Source: Octopus bimaculoides
Taxonomy: Eukaryota
Reading direction: 5' to 3'
Assembly (NCBI RefSeq): GCF_001194135.2
Contig: NC_068983.1
Coordinates: forward strand, 28,643,373-28,701,097
Length of the DNA: 57,725 nt
The notes under the pieces were generated by a model. It was not told the DNA's origin, made no database searches, and saw only the letters and a program-made list of their open reading frames with translations. Shown here piece after piece: positions 22,215 through 35,870 of the stretch; the stretch's first letter is position 1, and the number at the start of each line of letters is the position of its first letter. The translations under genes were made by a program, and so were the position numbers.

Positions 22215-22298
22215 ACCCTAAAAGGGTATAATGAGTTTTATACCTAAAAAAAAGGTATAATGAATTTTATACCTAAAAGGGTATAATGAATTTTATAA
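22215..22298. repeat. ~26-bp minisatellite with a palindromic unit, ~3 copies
   Basis: Unit approximately TATACC-TAAAA(G)-GGTATA-ATGAATTT. Confidence 0.8.
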
Positions 22299-23197
22299 AC
22301 TCTAGTTAGTAGAATCAACATTAGAATTTCTTTCACAATAAATTTTATGCCCACTAACTAAACTGATAATTTAAATTTGGGTGCTAATAAAAATAATAGT
22401 TAGCTTTGACATTAAGGTTAACTTTAAATTATAGTTAGCTTTGCATTGGAGGATGAACAGATTAATAAACTGTGGATTTACAGTTAGTTTTGGCAAGTTC
22501 ATTGTTCGTAAAATGTTTAGGTAATTGCTGTTGGAAGAGAGCATAAGTTGTAGTTATGGCTTTTGTGCGCAGAGGAAAAATGTAATAAAGGTGAATTATA
22601 TTAATGTGAAATGGTGCATGGAGATGTAAAATTACATAACGAGACAAAGCCATAACTACTCTCTTCCATTAGCAATTACTTGAACATCTTATGAATAATC
22701 AACTTGTCAAAACTAACTCTGAATTCAAAATTTATTGATCTAGCCATCTTTCTATGCAAATCTATCTAACCACAAGTAATTTAGAATTAACCTCAGTGTC
22801 AAAGCTGACTATAATCCTTAATACCAACACAAAGTCCCCTATCTAAAAATCAGAAAATAGATAAATATAATTGTGAGTCTAGTTAGATCAGTAAGAATTT
22901 ATTGCTATGAAAATTCCAATGTTCATTATACTAATTAAAGTTTATAAAATTTAATATAAGTCTTTATGGTAACTCTGCTGGTCCCACTATACATACTGTT
23001 ACAACAATAATCAACAGCTCCTCTCATTTAAAATGCATCAAATTTTCAAATAATAGCTTAATGACACTGACCTTAACAGCCTAATTAATATAATCCATTG
23101 CACCTATTTATTCATACTCCAAATTCATCATCTTAACGAGTTGACATTATTCCCACTTCTCCTCACAGCTGAATCTTTCATTTGTCCTTTCAATTGT

Positions 23198-23251
<54 letters not shown>

Positions 23252-24036
23252 CACACACACACACTCTAAAAATATACTTTCTTTTAATTCCTCACTTGTG
23301 TTATTGTTAGCTTTTGTATTCTCTTCATCTAAACGGTGTTTGGAATTTTGCTTTGAACATAAGACATTTATAATCTGACTATTTTTATTATTTTGAATAA
23401 AAAATTAGTTATGCAGTGTATCTCATTTAACATAATGTTAAAGTCATTTAATAAAATGAAAGGAAATATTTTTATATAAATTGTTTATACTCTAAATGAT
23501 TTAAACATAATAAATGATATATTGCATATATATTAATGTTATTACCTTTCATAACAGGTTACTGAAGTTCAAATAAAATTTTAAATGGTGTATGCTCTCA
23601 TAGCTGTGTATAGCACAAACTAAAGTATGTTAGTTGTGTATAGGCAGAAACTAAGTACATTTCTTCATTCTGCTGTATCCATTATGGTTTTACATTTAAA
23701 ATTTGAATCATTTCAAATGTAAAACTGTAACAGATACAGCAAAATGTTTTAGTAAGAAAGCAAACAACCTTAAATGATATAATCTGATGGGTATATTTAT
23801 GATGTACAACAAACATTTAATGTAGTATCACCATCACAGAAAAATGTACCACTATTACAGTTATTTAAACTCTTGATTAAACATTAGTTTAGCTTGGAGA
23901 ATAAATGTAATTTACACCATCATGAATATGACAATGTGTTACGAAAAAGAGAAATGGGTAGTATTTAGTTTTTGTGTATACTGTACACACATAATGTTTA
24001 GGTTTTAAAATCTGGGTAAAAAAAGATGTGTATTAT

Positions 24037-24250
24037 CATCATCGTTTAACGTCCGCTTTCCATGCTAGCATGGGTTGGACGATTTGACTGAGGACTGGTG
24101 AACCAGATGGCTACACCAGGCTCCAATCTGATTTGGCAGAGTTTCTACAGCTGGATGCCCTTCCTAATGCCAACCACTCCGAGAGTGTAGTGGGTGCTTT
24201 TACATGCCACTGGCATGAAGACCAGTCAGGTGATACTGGCAACAGCCACA
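24037..24250 (-). mobile_element. 5'-truncated RTE LINE 3' end with (GAT)n tail
   Basis: Reverse complement matches 45680-45895. Confidence 0.9.
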
Positions 24251-24834
24251 TACATGAATAAATATATCAAGCTAGATAAAGCCTTAAAACAGCATTGTTT
24301 GGAGTGTTAACATTAGTGTATTAACATTGTTTTAATGCAATACTGTGTAACAGAATATACCTAAAAGACTTTTAACTCACATTGTATGTCTTGACACTTT
24401 GTATACAAAGTCTCTGTAGACAGAAAAAGATGCTTCTGCCAAATTAGTTACAATCCAGTGTTGTGATTTCATCAGCAACTAAGTAACTTCTTTAACTCTC
24501 CACAGAGACACTGCTTATAAACCACTATTGCTAAGGGTCAAAGTAAACCAGACAGACAAATTGACATACATGATGTTCTCTTGGCAGTGAATTTGGTTGA
24601 TAAATTAATGTGGCATTAGCAGTAGTTGGTTTCTATGCAAGCAAGGTTGTGTAGTTAAAAAGTTCACATTGCAACCAAATGGTTTTAGGATTGATCATAC
24701 TGTGCAGCATCTTATGGATGTGTTTTCTAATATCGCAAGAATTTGTTTGACATAAACTGCAAAAGATTTTTGTGTATATTACATATATATATGTGTGTGT
24801 GTTTGTGTGTGGCTGTGGGTGGTGTATGTATATG

Positions 24835-25048
24835 TACAAGGGGATACTGAAAAGTTCCTGGCTGTGCATAAAAGAAAATCGAGGAGGATCAGTTAATTAC
24901 GATTTTATGCAATATATTCCTCTCTCAGATTCACACACTTATTACAGTGGTCCTTCAGTTTTTCTAAGCCTTGTAAAAGAACTCAGAAAGTTGAGCCTCC
25001 AGCTAGGCCTTTTGCAATACCCTAAAAGCCAGGATTTTTTAGCATCCC

Positions 25049-25054
<6 letters not shown>
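24835..25054. mobile_element. Tc1/mariner-type MITE (family M1, copy 2)
   Basis: TIRs CAAGGGGATACTGAAAAGTTCCTGGCT / AGCCAGGATTTTTTAGCATCCCCTCA flanked by TA. Homologous to 61-283. Confidence 0.8.
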
Positions 25055-25087
<33 letters not shown>

Positions 25088-25099
25088 NNNNNNNNNNCC

Positions 25100-25141
<42 letters not shown>

Positions 25142-25433
25142 GGGTATGTGTATGCGTTTATATGTATATTTTTATATGTGTATAAAAGTTGATATTGCAC
25201 GTTATCATCACTTGAGTGAACCAGTGGTAATGTTGACATCATGACCAGTTAGTGTGTGCTTTCATAGACCTCTGGAAGCAATATCCCTTACTTAAAAATA
25301 GTTTAACATCGACAACCATAAAACCTTGGCTCAAAACAACTCCTCATCCAAATCTATGTTAGTATGGAAAAACAGATGCTAAATAAATGATGAAACTATA
25401 TTATAGAATATACCTAGAGATTTTTAGTCAAAA

Positions 25434-25473
<40 letters not shown>

Positions 25474-26329
25474 AGACATAAAAATGCATTGTCTGTATAT
25501 ACTATATATTCATGGACAGAGAAAGAAAATAGATAAGTATTTCTTGCAGATTTAGGGAGATACTGTATGAGAATAAGCATAATATTAAAGTTCTGTGAAA
25601 AAGAAATACATTTCAAATCTATGTGCTATATTGTGTATGGAAGTTTCCAGAATATACGAAATTAATGCACATTTAGAAATGCAGTAAAGAAGGCTAATAC
25701 ACAAATCATGCTGAATTATTCCAGCATATATAGGAAAGTTTTGAAGGGCACTGAAGCAGATACAAGATAAGAAATCTTAATGTATATTGTAGCAGAACGC
25801 TATAGAAAAGGATGAGAAATCAGTCACTCAATTGTCAGTAAAAAATTCTATCAATAAATACAAATGGTCTAATAACACTGGTTATCTACAAACCAATGAG
25901 AGAGCATCCATTTATTTACTTGATCAGCTAAATATAGCAACCAAAACCGCCACTAAACTTTGAATTTAAGACCAGCTTATGACTATTTCTTGGGAGCACA
26001 TTTATAATATATAAAGAGGATGACCAAGATAAGAACACTGATTAAGTATCTGTTTTGTTGGTTCTTAGTAGAGACAGGATCCTGTCTCCACTAATGAGGG
26101 AATGCAATCTATAGAAGTATGTGACCCCAGTCAGTATCAAGCTATTGAAAGGCATCAAGACCCAGATTGGAACCTGACCATAACAAATAATTGGTTCTCT
26201 GTATATCATATTGTGGAATGCTACAGTAAGCTAGAACTACTTAACACATTAAACACAGTTTCCAGAGTCCTGAGTAATCAAGAAAATGGATTTAGACCTA
26301 ATTGTTTATTGATGCAATGTGTGTTCAAG

Positions 26330-26610
26330 ATGACATGACTGGCATTAACAATTTAAAGCATTTATAAGCCTTCAAAGAGAGCAAACCTAGATTTAACAAT
26401 TGAAGAAGTTCATTAACATTCTCAAGAACAGAGTTAGCCTTAACAATTTAAAACGTTTATTAGAACTCAAGGAAATAGATCTAGGGTAAACAATTTAAGA
26501 AGTTCATCAGCATTCAAGAGAAGAGTTAGACCTTGCAATTTAAAAAGACTTAATTCAAGAAAACAGATCTGGTCATAACAATTTTATGAGTTCATTAGCA
26601 TTCAAGGGAA
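26330..26610. repeat. Degenerate tandem array with alternating ~45-bp subunits
   Basis: Recurrent TAACAATTT(A)AGAAGTTCATTAGCATTC(T)CAAG and AGAGTTAG(A)CCTT..CAATTTAAAA motifs. Traces extend left to ~26150. Confidence 0.6.
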
Positions 26611-28340
26611 CCAGCCTTGTCTTATCAAAAATGTGAATGACTAATAGGAATGTAGCTCACATTAAATGTACCATGAATGTTTGACCTTGACTAAACAATA
26701 ATGAGAATGTTTAGAATGGTACAACAGAGTCATTCTAAACTATACAGTAATGTCAAGCAAAATGACAAAATAGGGTCATTCTACAAGATACAACTAACTG
26801 TATAGGTAAAGTATCAAGGTACAAAAGTGCCAGACTAAATGCTTTAATTTTGCCTTTAATTCTTTTAGGGGTCAATAAAATAGGTATCCATCAAGGGGAT
26901 TGGGTTTATTTAATTTACTATGGTCCTACTTTGCCCTGAGAAGTTCCCAATTTTCTAACAAATCCAGAAGACGTTATAATTGTTCCATCATAGCAAAATT
27001 ACAATAGCTGAAAGTAGCTAAAGAATAAACTTGTATTAAATTTTCAAAATACATATCACCAACAGAGGCAATATTAATGGCAAGAGGTAATATTTATCCT
27101 CACTAAAATGCCAATGTTCTGTGACACCAAACTATACTGTGGTAGCTGCCATGACAAAAAATACAAAAGCCAATATAAAATTTTCTCTCATGGAAACTGC
27201 TACAAAATAATTTTTCTAACACAACATTTGCATCTAATTGGGGATAAATATTACCTCTCTATATTTAAAAAGTACCTATTTCAAACAAATTCATTTCTTT
27301 TGCAAAAATTATATCATTGAAAGAGTATGGATGCTATGCAGTCTCATTTGTCTTCATTTACAAAGCTTAAAGCTTTGTACATATATTTTCAGTCAGAAGA
27401 ATTAAGTGTATATTAATCTAGCATGGAAAGTGGACGTTAAACGATGATGATGATGATGATGATGATGAATACTAGTGACATAGTTAAAATTAAAATCAAA
27501 CCTTTGATTCAGTAATCAAGAAACTTTACCATGCTACTACTACTACCTATTGTGTCTGATAACTGTTTACTTATGTTAAAGAAATTGCTTACTCTTTCAA
27601 TAGAAATAAAGGCAAATTTAATTTGCAGCTTCATTTCATTGAAGAAAATTAGGAGAAGACAGTTTGCTTCCATAAAAAAAAAAAAATACCAGATTAAGTT
27701 AATAACTAAAACCAACTAAAATTGATGAGTATCTAATATTAGCTTCAAGATAAAAGAAAATATGAAATTATTAATTAATGTATATTGATGAAAACATAGG
27801 CACAGGCAGAGCAATGTGGTTAAAGAGACTGGTTCACATCCTTGTTGTTTCAAGTTTGCTTTTAATGTTCATAACACTGGGCTTTTCCTATATTTACTTC
27901 TATACCCACTCAAATTTAAATCTCTTGCACACTATTAAGTGCATTCTATACAGAGAACATCTGGGTCTCACCTATGAACTATATATATATATATATATAT
28001 ATATTATTTTCTATTTGAAAATGTGGTTATGAAACACATGTAGTCATTTTTATTATTTTGTTATTTATTACTTTGTACTCTTTTGATTTTTATTATAGGT
28101 CTTTTTAGTGTATTTACTTATAAAATTTTTCTATATATGATTGTGGATTTTCATGGATGAATTCAATAATTGTGTTTTTTTCTCTAAATTATATATTTAT
28201 ATATTTATATATTATATATTGTGAAATTTAATTTAATTTAATTTTAATTTTGATAAATTAAATTAAATTGAATTTTTCCCTGTAAATTTGGATTTTTATC
28301 CCTAATATTATTACCATATATATGTATATATATACATATT

Positions 28341-28384
<44 letters not shown>

Positions 28385-28385
<1 letters not shown>

Positions 28386-28710
28386 AAGGTTAGAGCGTCA
28401 AGTATACAATCATGAGGTTGTGAGTTCAAATCCAGGACTGAATTGTGTGTTGTGTTCTTGAGTAAGACACTTTATCTCACATTGCTCCAGTTCACTCAAC
28501 TGTTGAAATGAGTTGCAACATCACAGATGCCAAGCTGTATCAGCCTTTGCCATTCCCTTGGATAACACTGGTAGCATGGAGAGGGGAGGCCAGTATGCAT
28601 GGGCATCAGCTGGTCTTCCATAAACAACTTTGCCTGGACTTGTGCCTGGGAGGGTAACTTTCTAGGTGCAATCTCATGGTCAGTCATGACCGAAGGGGGT
28701 CTCAGCATAT
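28385..28710 (+). mobile_element. CORE-SINE (tRNA head, CORE domain, distinct tail)
   Basis: B box GAGTTCAAATCC. 28451-28512 (TGTGTTCTTGAGTAAGACACTTTATCTCAC...CAGTTCACTCAACTGTTGAAATGAG) aligns by eye with the MIR/CORE consensus as I recall it. Its 3' end recurs inverted at 47303-47370. Confidence 0.75.
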
Positions 28711-29084
28711 ATATATATATATGTCATGGGTCAAAATTCTGGATAAGATTGAACAAGATATATTTTATTACCCATTGCTTCAGTCTACTCTACAGGAAAA
28801 TTTCTATCAGTTAAGAGATGTTGGAGCTTTCATTCCCTCCAGCAGTCACATCCATGATGTTCTACTGAGTCAGTGATGGGACAGCCAGGCTGGTACTTGT
28901 TTAGTTGCAAGAGAATCTTAGATAATTATACATGCCACTAATTCAAAATTGCTAGTGATTGACAGCAATGGGTACATTCTGTGTGTACGTGTGTGTGTGT
29001 GTGTGTGTGTGCACATGCACATGTGTGTGTATATGTGCGTATGTGTGTGTAAAGATGGATGAATGGATGAACACACAGACAGAA

Positions 29085-29086
29085 AT

Positions 29087-29120
<34 letters not shown>

Positions 29121-29149
29121 CCAACAGACAGACAGACAGACAGACAGAC

Positions 29150-29190
<41 letters not shown>
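29085..29190. repeat. (GATA)n/(GACA)n satellite
   Basis: Directly visible. Confidence 0.95.
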
Positions 29191-30012
29191 AATGATACCC
29201 AGAGACAAATAAATCAATACTTGCTCTATATAATTTTTTTTTGAAATACACATTTAACTGTTGGACATATGTTTACGATAGATTCTAGTTTTTTTTTTCT
29301 CTGAATATATTAAATTCGAAAGTAGAAGTCTTTAAAGTTTTTATCCTTGCTTTCCCAAATTAAGAACCAAGGATAAGAAATCTATTTGTGAACAAAACCT
29401 TAAACAAGATAAGAAAATGCATTATTTTATTTTTATAATCAATTTAAATTTTGCATATTTATTACCAAGATTATTGTATGATAGTAGGTAAATGGGAATT
29501 AGTAGAGCAATTCAGCTTTCAGTTACATATGTTGGTGCATACATGTGCATGTATTTTCATGAGTGAGTATGCATGTATGTGTATGTATGTGTATGTATGT
29601 ATATATATGAGTATGTATGTATGTATGTATGTATGTATGTATGTATGCATGTATGTATAATCAACAGATGAGATCCAGAGATCCAGAGACACTAATATTC
29701 TATATATCATTGCCAGGAGTTTCAATTATAATGATGCAACTGGATGTCTTATCATTGAAGTGCACAAAACAGAGCAAAATCATGTAATCTGGCTGTTCTG
29801 GTGGCCATAGCATATGGTGTTCTCATTTGTCAACGATGTAATTACATGAGCTTTTATACACCACATTGTCTCTATGAGCAGTCTTCTTAAGGTAAATAGC
29901 ACAGTATTCTGTGTTCTGATACAACTTCCACGTTAAGTTGGAGATAAAGACTATCTTCAAGAATTTATACTAGTTCTATCACTGTTAATTATTTTTTGTA
30001 CACACACACACA

Positions 30013-30057
<45 letters not shown>

Positions 30058-32479
30058 ATATATATGTATCTCAGGATGCACTCCTTCAATCAGCAGCTAC
30101 CTGAAATTCAAGATTCGGATAAAATCTCTACTCTATATAAAGTATTTTTTCTCCCATTTGTATACCGAAATACAAACACGTGTGTGATATATATAATTAC
30201 AGTATACGCACATGCATCTATACATCTATACACAACAAAACATGCATTCATGATTATAGTTTTATACAAATAAATATATTTCAATAAATATGTACAAAAC
30301 TACAAATAAATTTTCCAATTATAATAAACTATAATTAAGAAATTATTGAACAAACTAACAAAACAGATTAAATTCTACAAAACAACATGGCCATAACAAG
30401 CACCTCTTTTAAAAAAATATCAACATTAAAGCAATAACTACCGTTAAGGCTCTTCCTCCTCCCCTTCCATGGTTGCTTAACCTACTAGAAATAGCAGTCA
30501 AATCTTCAAATCTTTCCCAAATCACAGCCTAGTACCTTAAAAAATGTCAAGTAAAGATTGTTGATATGAAGGGCACCCAGTTTTAGAATATGCCTCAATG
30601 TATTCTGTTTGATCCAGCAAGCATGCAAAAGTGGTTATTAAAAATTACTGTTATGATAGAACACTTCAATTCTTAATTCAGAAAGTAGTTACACCAACTG
30701 TTACAATTCATTCCATTCCTTCCAGAATTCTTTGACACTGAAAGTCAGTTAAGAGTTCAGAGATTTGCTAATTGTATGTGCTAACTATTCCTGGCAGCAA
30801 ATGAGTTTCACCTCTGCTCTACCTGGCACAGCTAAGTAGATGATTGGGTATGTCACTTCATATACCTCTTGAGTATGTCCCTTCATATCTCTCACATAAC
30901 CAAAGTGTATAACGCTAAGCCCACAAAGCATGGAAACATTTCTTCTACCACTCTGTGTCATCAATTTAGACGCCTATAATTGTGGTCAAATACCAGTCAA
31001 GCTTTCTCCTTTTAACTATGTAGCAAATGTCAGACAATGACTTCCTATATAAACAGATGCATTGCCAAAGGATATAAGTGTCTCGACATTAAATTAATTA
31101 GAAAATTTTGCAGTCTTTTATCATGTCATCTATCATAATTTCTATCACCTCCAAGACAAAGCATAAAAATTAAACCAATTTACTTGGCTGATGTCTCATT
31201 TTACTGACTCTGAAAGGAAGCAACATTGACTTTGGTAGGCTTTACAGTAAATATTAATTACACTGAAAATGTTGATTATGTCACATTTTCATGGAAGACA
31301 TCTCACTCAGGATCAGCAGCTGCCCAAAACTGATACCAAAGTACTACCTCCTAATGAGACATGATCTCTCTAAAACAATATGCAATGCCATCCACAAAAA
31401 AAACTGTCTTGTAACAGATATAGACAATAGCCCTGTTATTGAATAGATACACAAACATCAAAACAAGGATAAGCAAAGAGAGAGAGAGAGAGTTAAAGAT
31501 AATAACTATGAAAAATTGCTTTGAAACATTGACCTTCTATACTCAAATAATAAATTCACATTTATACTACTAATAATTGATGCATTTGGTTTTGTTAGTA
31601 AATACCTGATAACCTGGAAGGGCAAAGGTTTTAACAAAACTAAATCATCCAGCTAATATGCACACTACACATACAATTTGTAAGTGGAACAGTAAAAATA
31701 TGCAAGATTTTTCTCAAATTCAACATAAGGCTTTGCTTTTATCTACATTCCAATGATAGAGCTTTGTATCATAGTTAGAAACCAACTCCTTTCTTACAGA
31801 AAGAATTCAAATAATTAGAAATAGAAATAAAATATATATATATGTGTGTGTGTGCAGGTATGAATGAGTGTTTGTGTCTCTAAGATTTTACAAATGGGAG
31901 AAGAAATTACTCAATATTTGTAAAAGAATGGATTAAATTTTTTTAAAAGCAACTTCAAGATTTGCATTTCAGTTTTTCAGTGCTGTGAGAAATGGTAACA
32001 TTCAGCTCACATATGCAATGAAAGGAAGCATCAGCTTTGAAAAAAATGAATATCCATCATATGTATATTTGCATGTATAAATCGCACATATTGCAGGGTA
32101 TACAATGTAAAAACAGCATGTGACATACCTAGTGAAAATGCAAATATAGTGTAGAACAAAAAAATATAAGGCAAATTGTAAATGTCAAAATCAGACATTC
32201 AAGACTGTGTTAATGTGAAATTAGGCTGACTACTGAAAGCCAATGTGTGTGATATGAGTTGCTAAAGGGTAATTAAATGTAATAAAACACACTAACATTA
32301 ATTACATGCATGTTCTATTTAATTCAGTTTCTTGCATAATCTCTAAGTCAATAATAAAATTTAATGATAATTTCTGAATCCCATAATTTACTTTAGGCAA
32401 ACAAACCCTTTGAATCCCTTATTGACAAGACATGAAATTAATCAGTTATTGTCACCATACATTATAACTGCACCACAAT

Positions 32480-32950
32480 AAGGCAGTGAGATAGCAGAAT
32501 CATTAGCACACCAGACAAAATACTTAATGGTGTTTCATCCATATACACATTTTGAGTTTAAATTTTTCAGAGGTCAGCTTGACTTTTCATCTTTTCAGGG
32601 TAGACAGAATAAGCACCAGTCAAGCCCTAGCGGTAATGAAATCAACTCGCTCCCTCCCCCAAAATTTCAGGCCTTGTGCTTATTGTAGAAAAGATTATTA
32701 TTATTGCACCACATTAGGGTGGTTGGTGGATTGGCAGAAAAATGCTTAAGAGCATCAGAAAAGAAAAAAATGCTTTACAGAAATTATTTCAACCCTTCTC
32801 ATTCCGTGCTCAAATCCTGTCAAAGTTGACTTCATCTTTCGTTCCTCTGAGGGTCAATAAAATAAAGTATCAGTGTGAAGTATTAGAGTTGATGATATTA
32901 ACTAACTACTTCCTCTCAAAACTGCTTGCATTGTGCATAAATTAGAACCA
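32480..32950 (+). mobile_element. Two head-to-tail SINE family C copies
   Basis: Two GGCAGAA..ATTAGC heads and two TTCATCTTT..GGGT..ATA.AATAA centres. Confidence 0.75.
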
Positions 32951-33479
32951 GTTATTTTTGCTCATCAAAGTATTGTTCGACCACTATAGTGTATTGTTTA
33001 ATCACTACAAAGTATTGTCTGACCACCAGAGTGTATTGTCTGTCTCCTGCTGACATGTAATTTGGTCCCTTTCATAAGCTCCTAAACATGTTCTCTACCA
33101 GAAAACATTTTATATTATTAAAGTATAGTTAAGATGATGTGTACATACCTAGGTAGCCGGAAGGTGTTAATTATTTTGTTAATGCACGTCATAATGTTTT
33201 TTTAATGATATGTTGAGATGAAATAAATGGAACTAAATTAGTAACATGAGTTTTATTTGTTAGGAGATACTTCAGGATTTGTCTATATATAGTTTTATTA
33301 GATGTATATCAGGTGAAACTATAATGTTTAATTTTGAATATTTTAATAGAAATTTCATTCAGGCATATTTTCATATACAAACAGTATTGACAAACATGGC
33401 TGAGAATGTTGTAATTGAAATGGAGGGGCAACTTATCTGCCAGTAAAAGTATATATAGAAATAGATAAAGTTGTTTTTA

Positions 33480-33660
33480 ATTTTGGCATAGGGCCAGCAA
33501 CTTTAAAAGTATTTGACTAATATTTTATTTTATCAATTTTGAGAGGATGAAAAGCAAAGTTGACCTCAACAGGATCTGAACTCAAAATATAAAGAGTCAG
33601 AAGAAATGTCACTGAGCATTATGTCCAAAGCACTAGTAATTTACTAGCTCACTGCCTTTA
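33480..33660 (-). mobile_element. SINE family C, degenerate
   Basis: GGATGAAAAGCAAAGTTGACCTC...TGAACTCAAAAT is the reverse complement of the family C centre. Confidence 0.7.
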
Positions 33661-34454
33661 CAAGTCAGGTAGATGGTTTTTCTTCTCTCTTTTGTGCTGG
33701 AAAGGGAAAGCAGTAGTACTGCTGAGAGAGGTGAAAGAGAAAGAAAGTATAATAAAGAATGATGAAATAAATAGATAACTAGACTGGTAGAATGGTGAGA
33801 GCAGTCGCACAATAGTCAGGCTAGCAGATAGTGAAATATAGGGAGGAATGGAAGAAAGAGTGTGAGAAAAAGAAATAGGGTGAGCAAGAACGGCAAAGCA
33901 AAAACAAGAGCGAGGATAAAGAAACAGAAGGTATATAGAAACCAAGTAAGAGAGAGAAGAGTGACAGTTGAATTGAAGTTGTTTTTGTGTTACATTTGAA
34001 CAGAACATATTACTGAGATGGAAATAATTGAAATCAACAAACATGACCTGGTGGTAAGAGGTTAGCAATCTGATGCTTCGTTGAACTAAAATGTACCATC
34101 AAATGAAACAAACTGAATGCAGGTAGAAAGACCATTTCTGATGGTTGAGTTCCATTTGAAGAACAGAACAGCTTGCTCCAGCTGTGTTTGGCAAAAGAAA
34201 AAAAAGAGTGAAAGAGAGCTTTGAGTTCTCTATATATTCATAGCTGAGAAAACCTTTTTCTGTGCTTTGTCAGTGAAAAACCATGAAAGATCAAGGCTTC
34301 AGTTGGTCGCATGAGGGCTGCTATGCATCTAGTAAATATTTATGTGTAGAAGATCTGTCTAAAAAATTGCCCACTTTTAAAAGAGTTGGTGCAGCATGCT
34401 CATCATTGCTGTACTGTGTATAGAAAAATCTTGACTTTCAGTTTAATAACAGCC

Positions 34455-34710
34455 ATCATCATCATCATCATCATCATCATCGTTTAACGTCCGCTTTCCA
34501 TGCTAGCATGGGTTGGACGATTTGACTGAGGACTGGTGAACCAGATGGCTACACCAGGCTCCAATCTGATTTGGCAGAGTTTCTACAGCTGGATGCCCTT
34601 CCTAATGCCAACCACTCGGAGAGTGTAGTGAGTGCTTTTACGTGCCACCGGAACGAAGGCCAGTCAGGCGGTACTGGCAATGGCCACGCTCAAAATGGTG
34701 TATTTTACGC
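34455..34710 (-). mobile_element. 5'-truncated RTE LINE 3' end with (GAT)n tail
   Basis: Nearly identical to 24037-24250 and reverse-complementary to ~45660-45895. Confidence 0.9.
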
Positions 34711-34792
34711 CATATCTTACCAATTCAGTTAATCATTGATCTACACATGTTTGAGTGAAAATATGTCTAATGCTCTCAGAGATTTGTTACAA

Positions 34793-35145
34793 GATGAACG
34801 ATGAACAATTCGGAAGATCCATGAAAATATTCGCCTGATGGTCTGTAAGGTTTCTGAAGAAGTAGCCATTGAAGATACATCATGCAAAATACATGAAAGA
34901 AAAAGAACTAAATAACAGTGAAGCAGATGCTATTTGATTGTTTGGATATTGATAGAAACTTCATCGAAACAAAATGGCAGTCATCATAGGGGGTTGTATC
35001 CTTGTCTCCAAGACCAAAATGAGTCAATCAAATGTGAAGGTGATGTTGAGTATCTTATTTGATTGTGATGTCATTCCTTATAGGATTTTTATCGTGGATG
35101 TCTTGAGGTATTTGAGAGAAGCAGTATGAAGGAAGAAGTATGGGA
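34793..35145 (+). pseudogene. Fossil mariner (DD34D-type) transposase fragment
   Basis: Frameshifted translation DER*TIRKIHENIRLMVCKVSEEVAI ... ETKWQSS ... SPRPK ... SQSNVKVMLSILFDCD ... VDVLRYLREAV*RK matches mariner motifs (ETKxQS, SPRPKK, KVMxxVFFD, LRRLREAVRxK). Confidence 0.8.
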
Positions 35146-35164
35146 CATGGGCAAATGAAACTTA

Positions 35165-35870
35165 AATGGGGGAGGAGATAAGTTGATTAAATCAACCCCA
35201 GTGCTCGATTGCTACTTATTTCATTGAGAAAGGATGAAAGGTAAAGTTGATCTTGGCAGAATTTGAACTCAGAACATAGAGACAAATGAAATGCTGCTAA
35301 ACATTTTTCCCAGCATGCTAATGATTCTACCAGCTCACTGGCTTAGAGAGAGATGATGATATTGATGAGATGACAGTCTGCTCCAACTGGGGTGTCACTT
35401 CATCTGGTATCAGAACACCAAAATTAAATGAGGATCCATTTTTTAATGTTGCATACAAGCCCATTGCAAGATGGAACAGATCAACACTTGATTAAAGTGA
35501 GTCCAGTGTTTAATTGATACAATATTTTATTCTTTTCTACTCAAGGCACAAGGCCTGAAATTTTTGGGGAGGGAGCCAGTCAATTAGACTAACCCCAGTA
35601 TGCAATTGGTACTTAATTTATCGACCCCAAAAGGATGAAAGGCAAAGTCAACCTCGGTGGAATTGAACTCAGAATATAAAAACAAACAAAATACTCCTAA
35701 GCATTTCCCTTGCCACCTTGATACAATATTTTATTGATACCTTGCCTTCAGAAAGATGTAAGGCAAAGGTGACTTTAACAGGGCTTGAACTCATGTAAAA
35801 AAAAAAATGTAACGAAGAAAAAGCAGAACAAATACTATAAGGCATTTTGTTCAATGGCCAAAATGTACTG
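35165..35870 (-). mobile_element. Cluster of three SINE family C copies
   Basis: The centre AAAGGATGAAAGG(C/T)AAAGT appears at ~35230 and ~35630, with a more decayed copy at ~35755. Confidence 0.75.

Noticed and set aside
29700-29900. Possible + strand exon ending at AAG|GTAAAT
   Set aside because: All three frames hit stops between the candidate acceptor and the donor.
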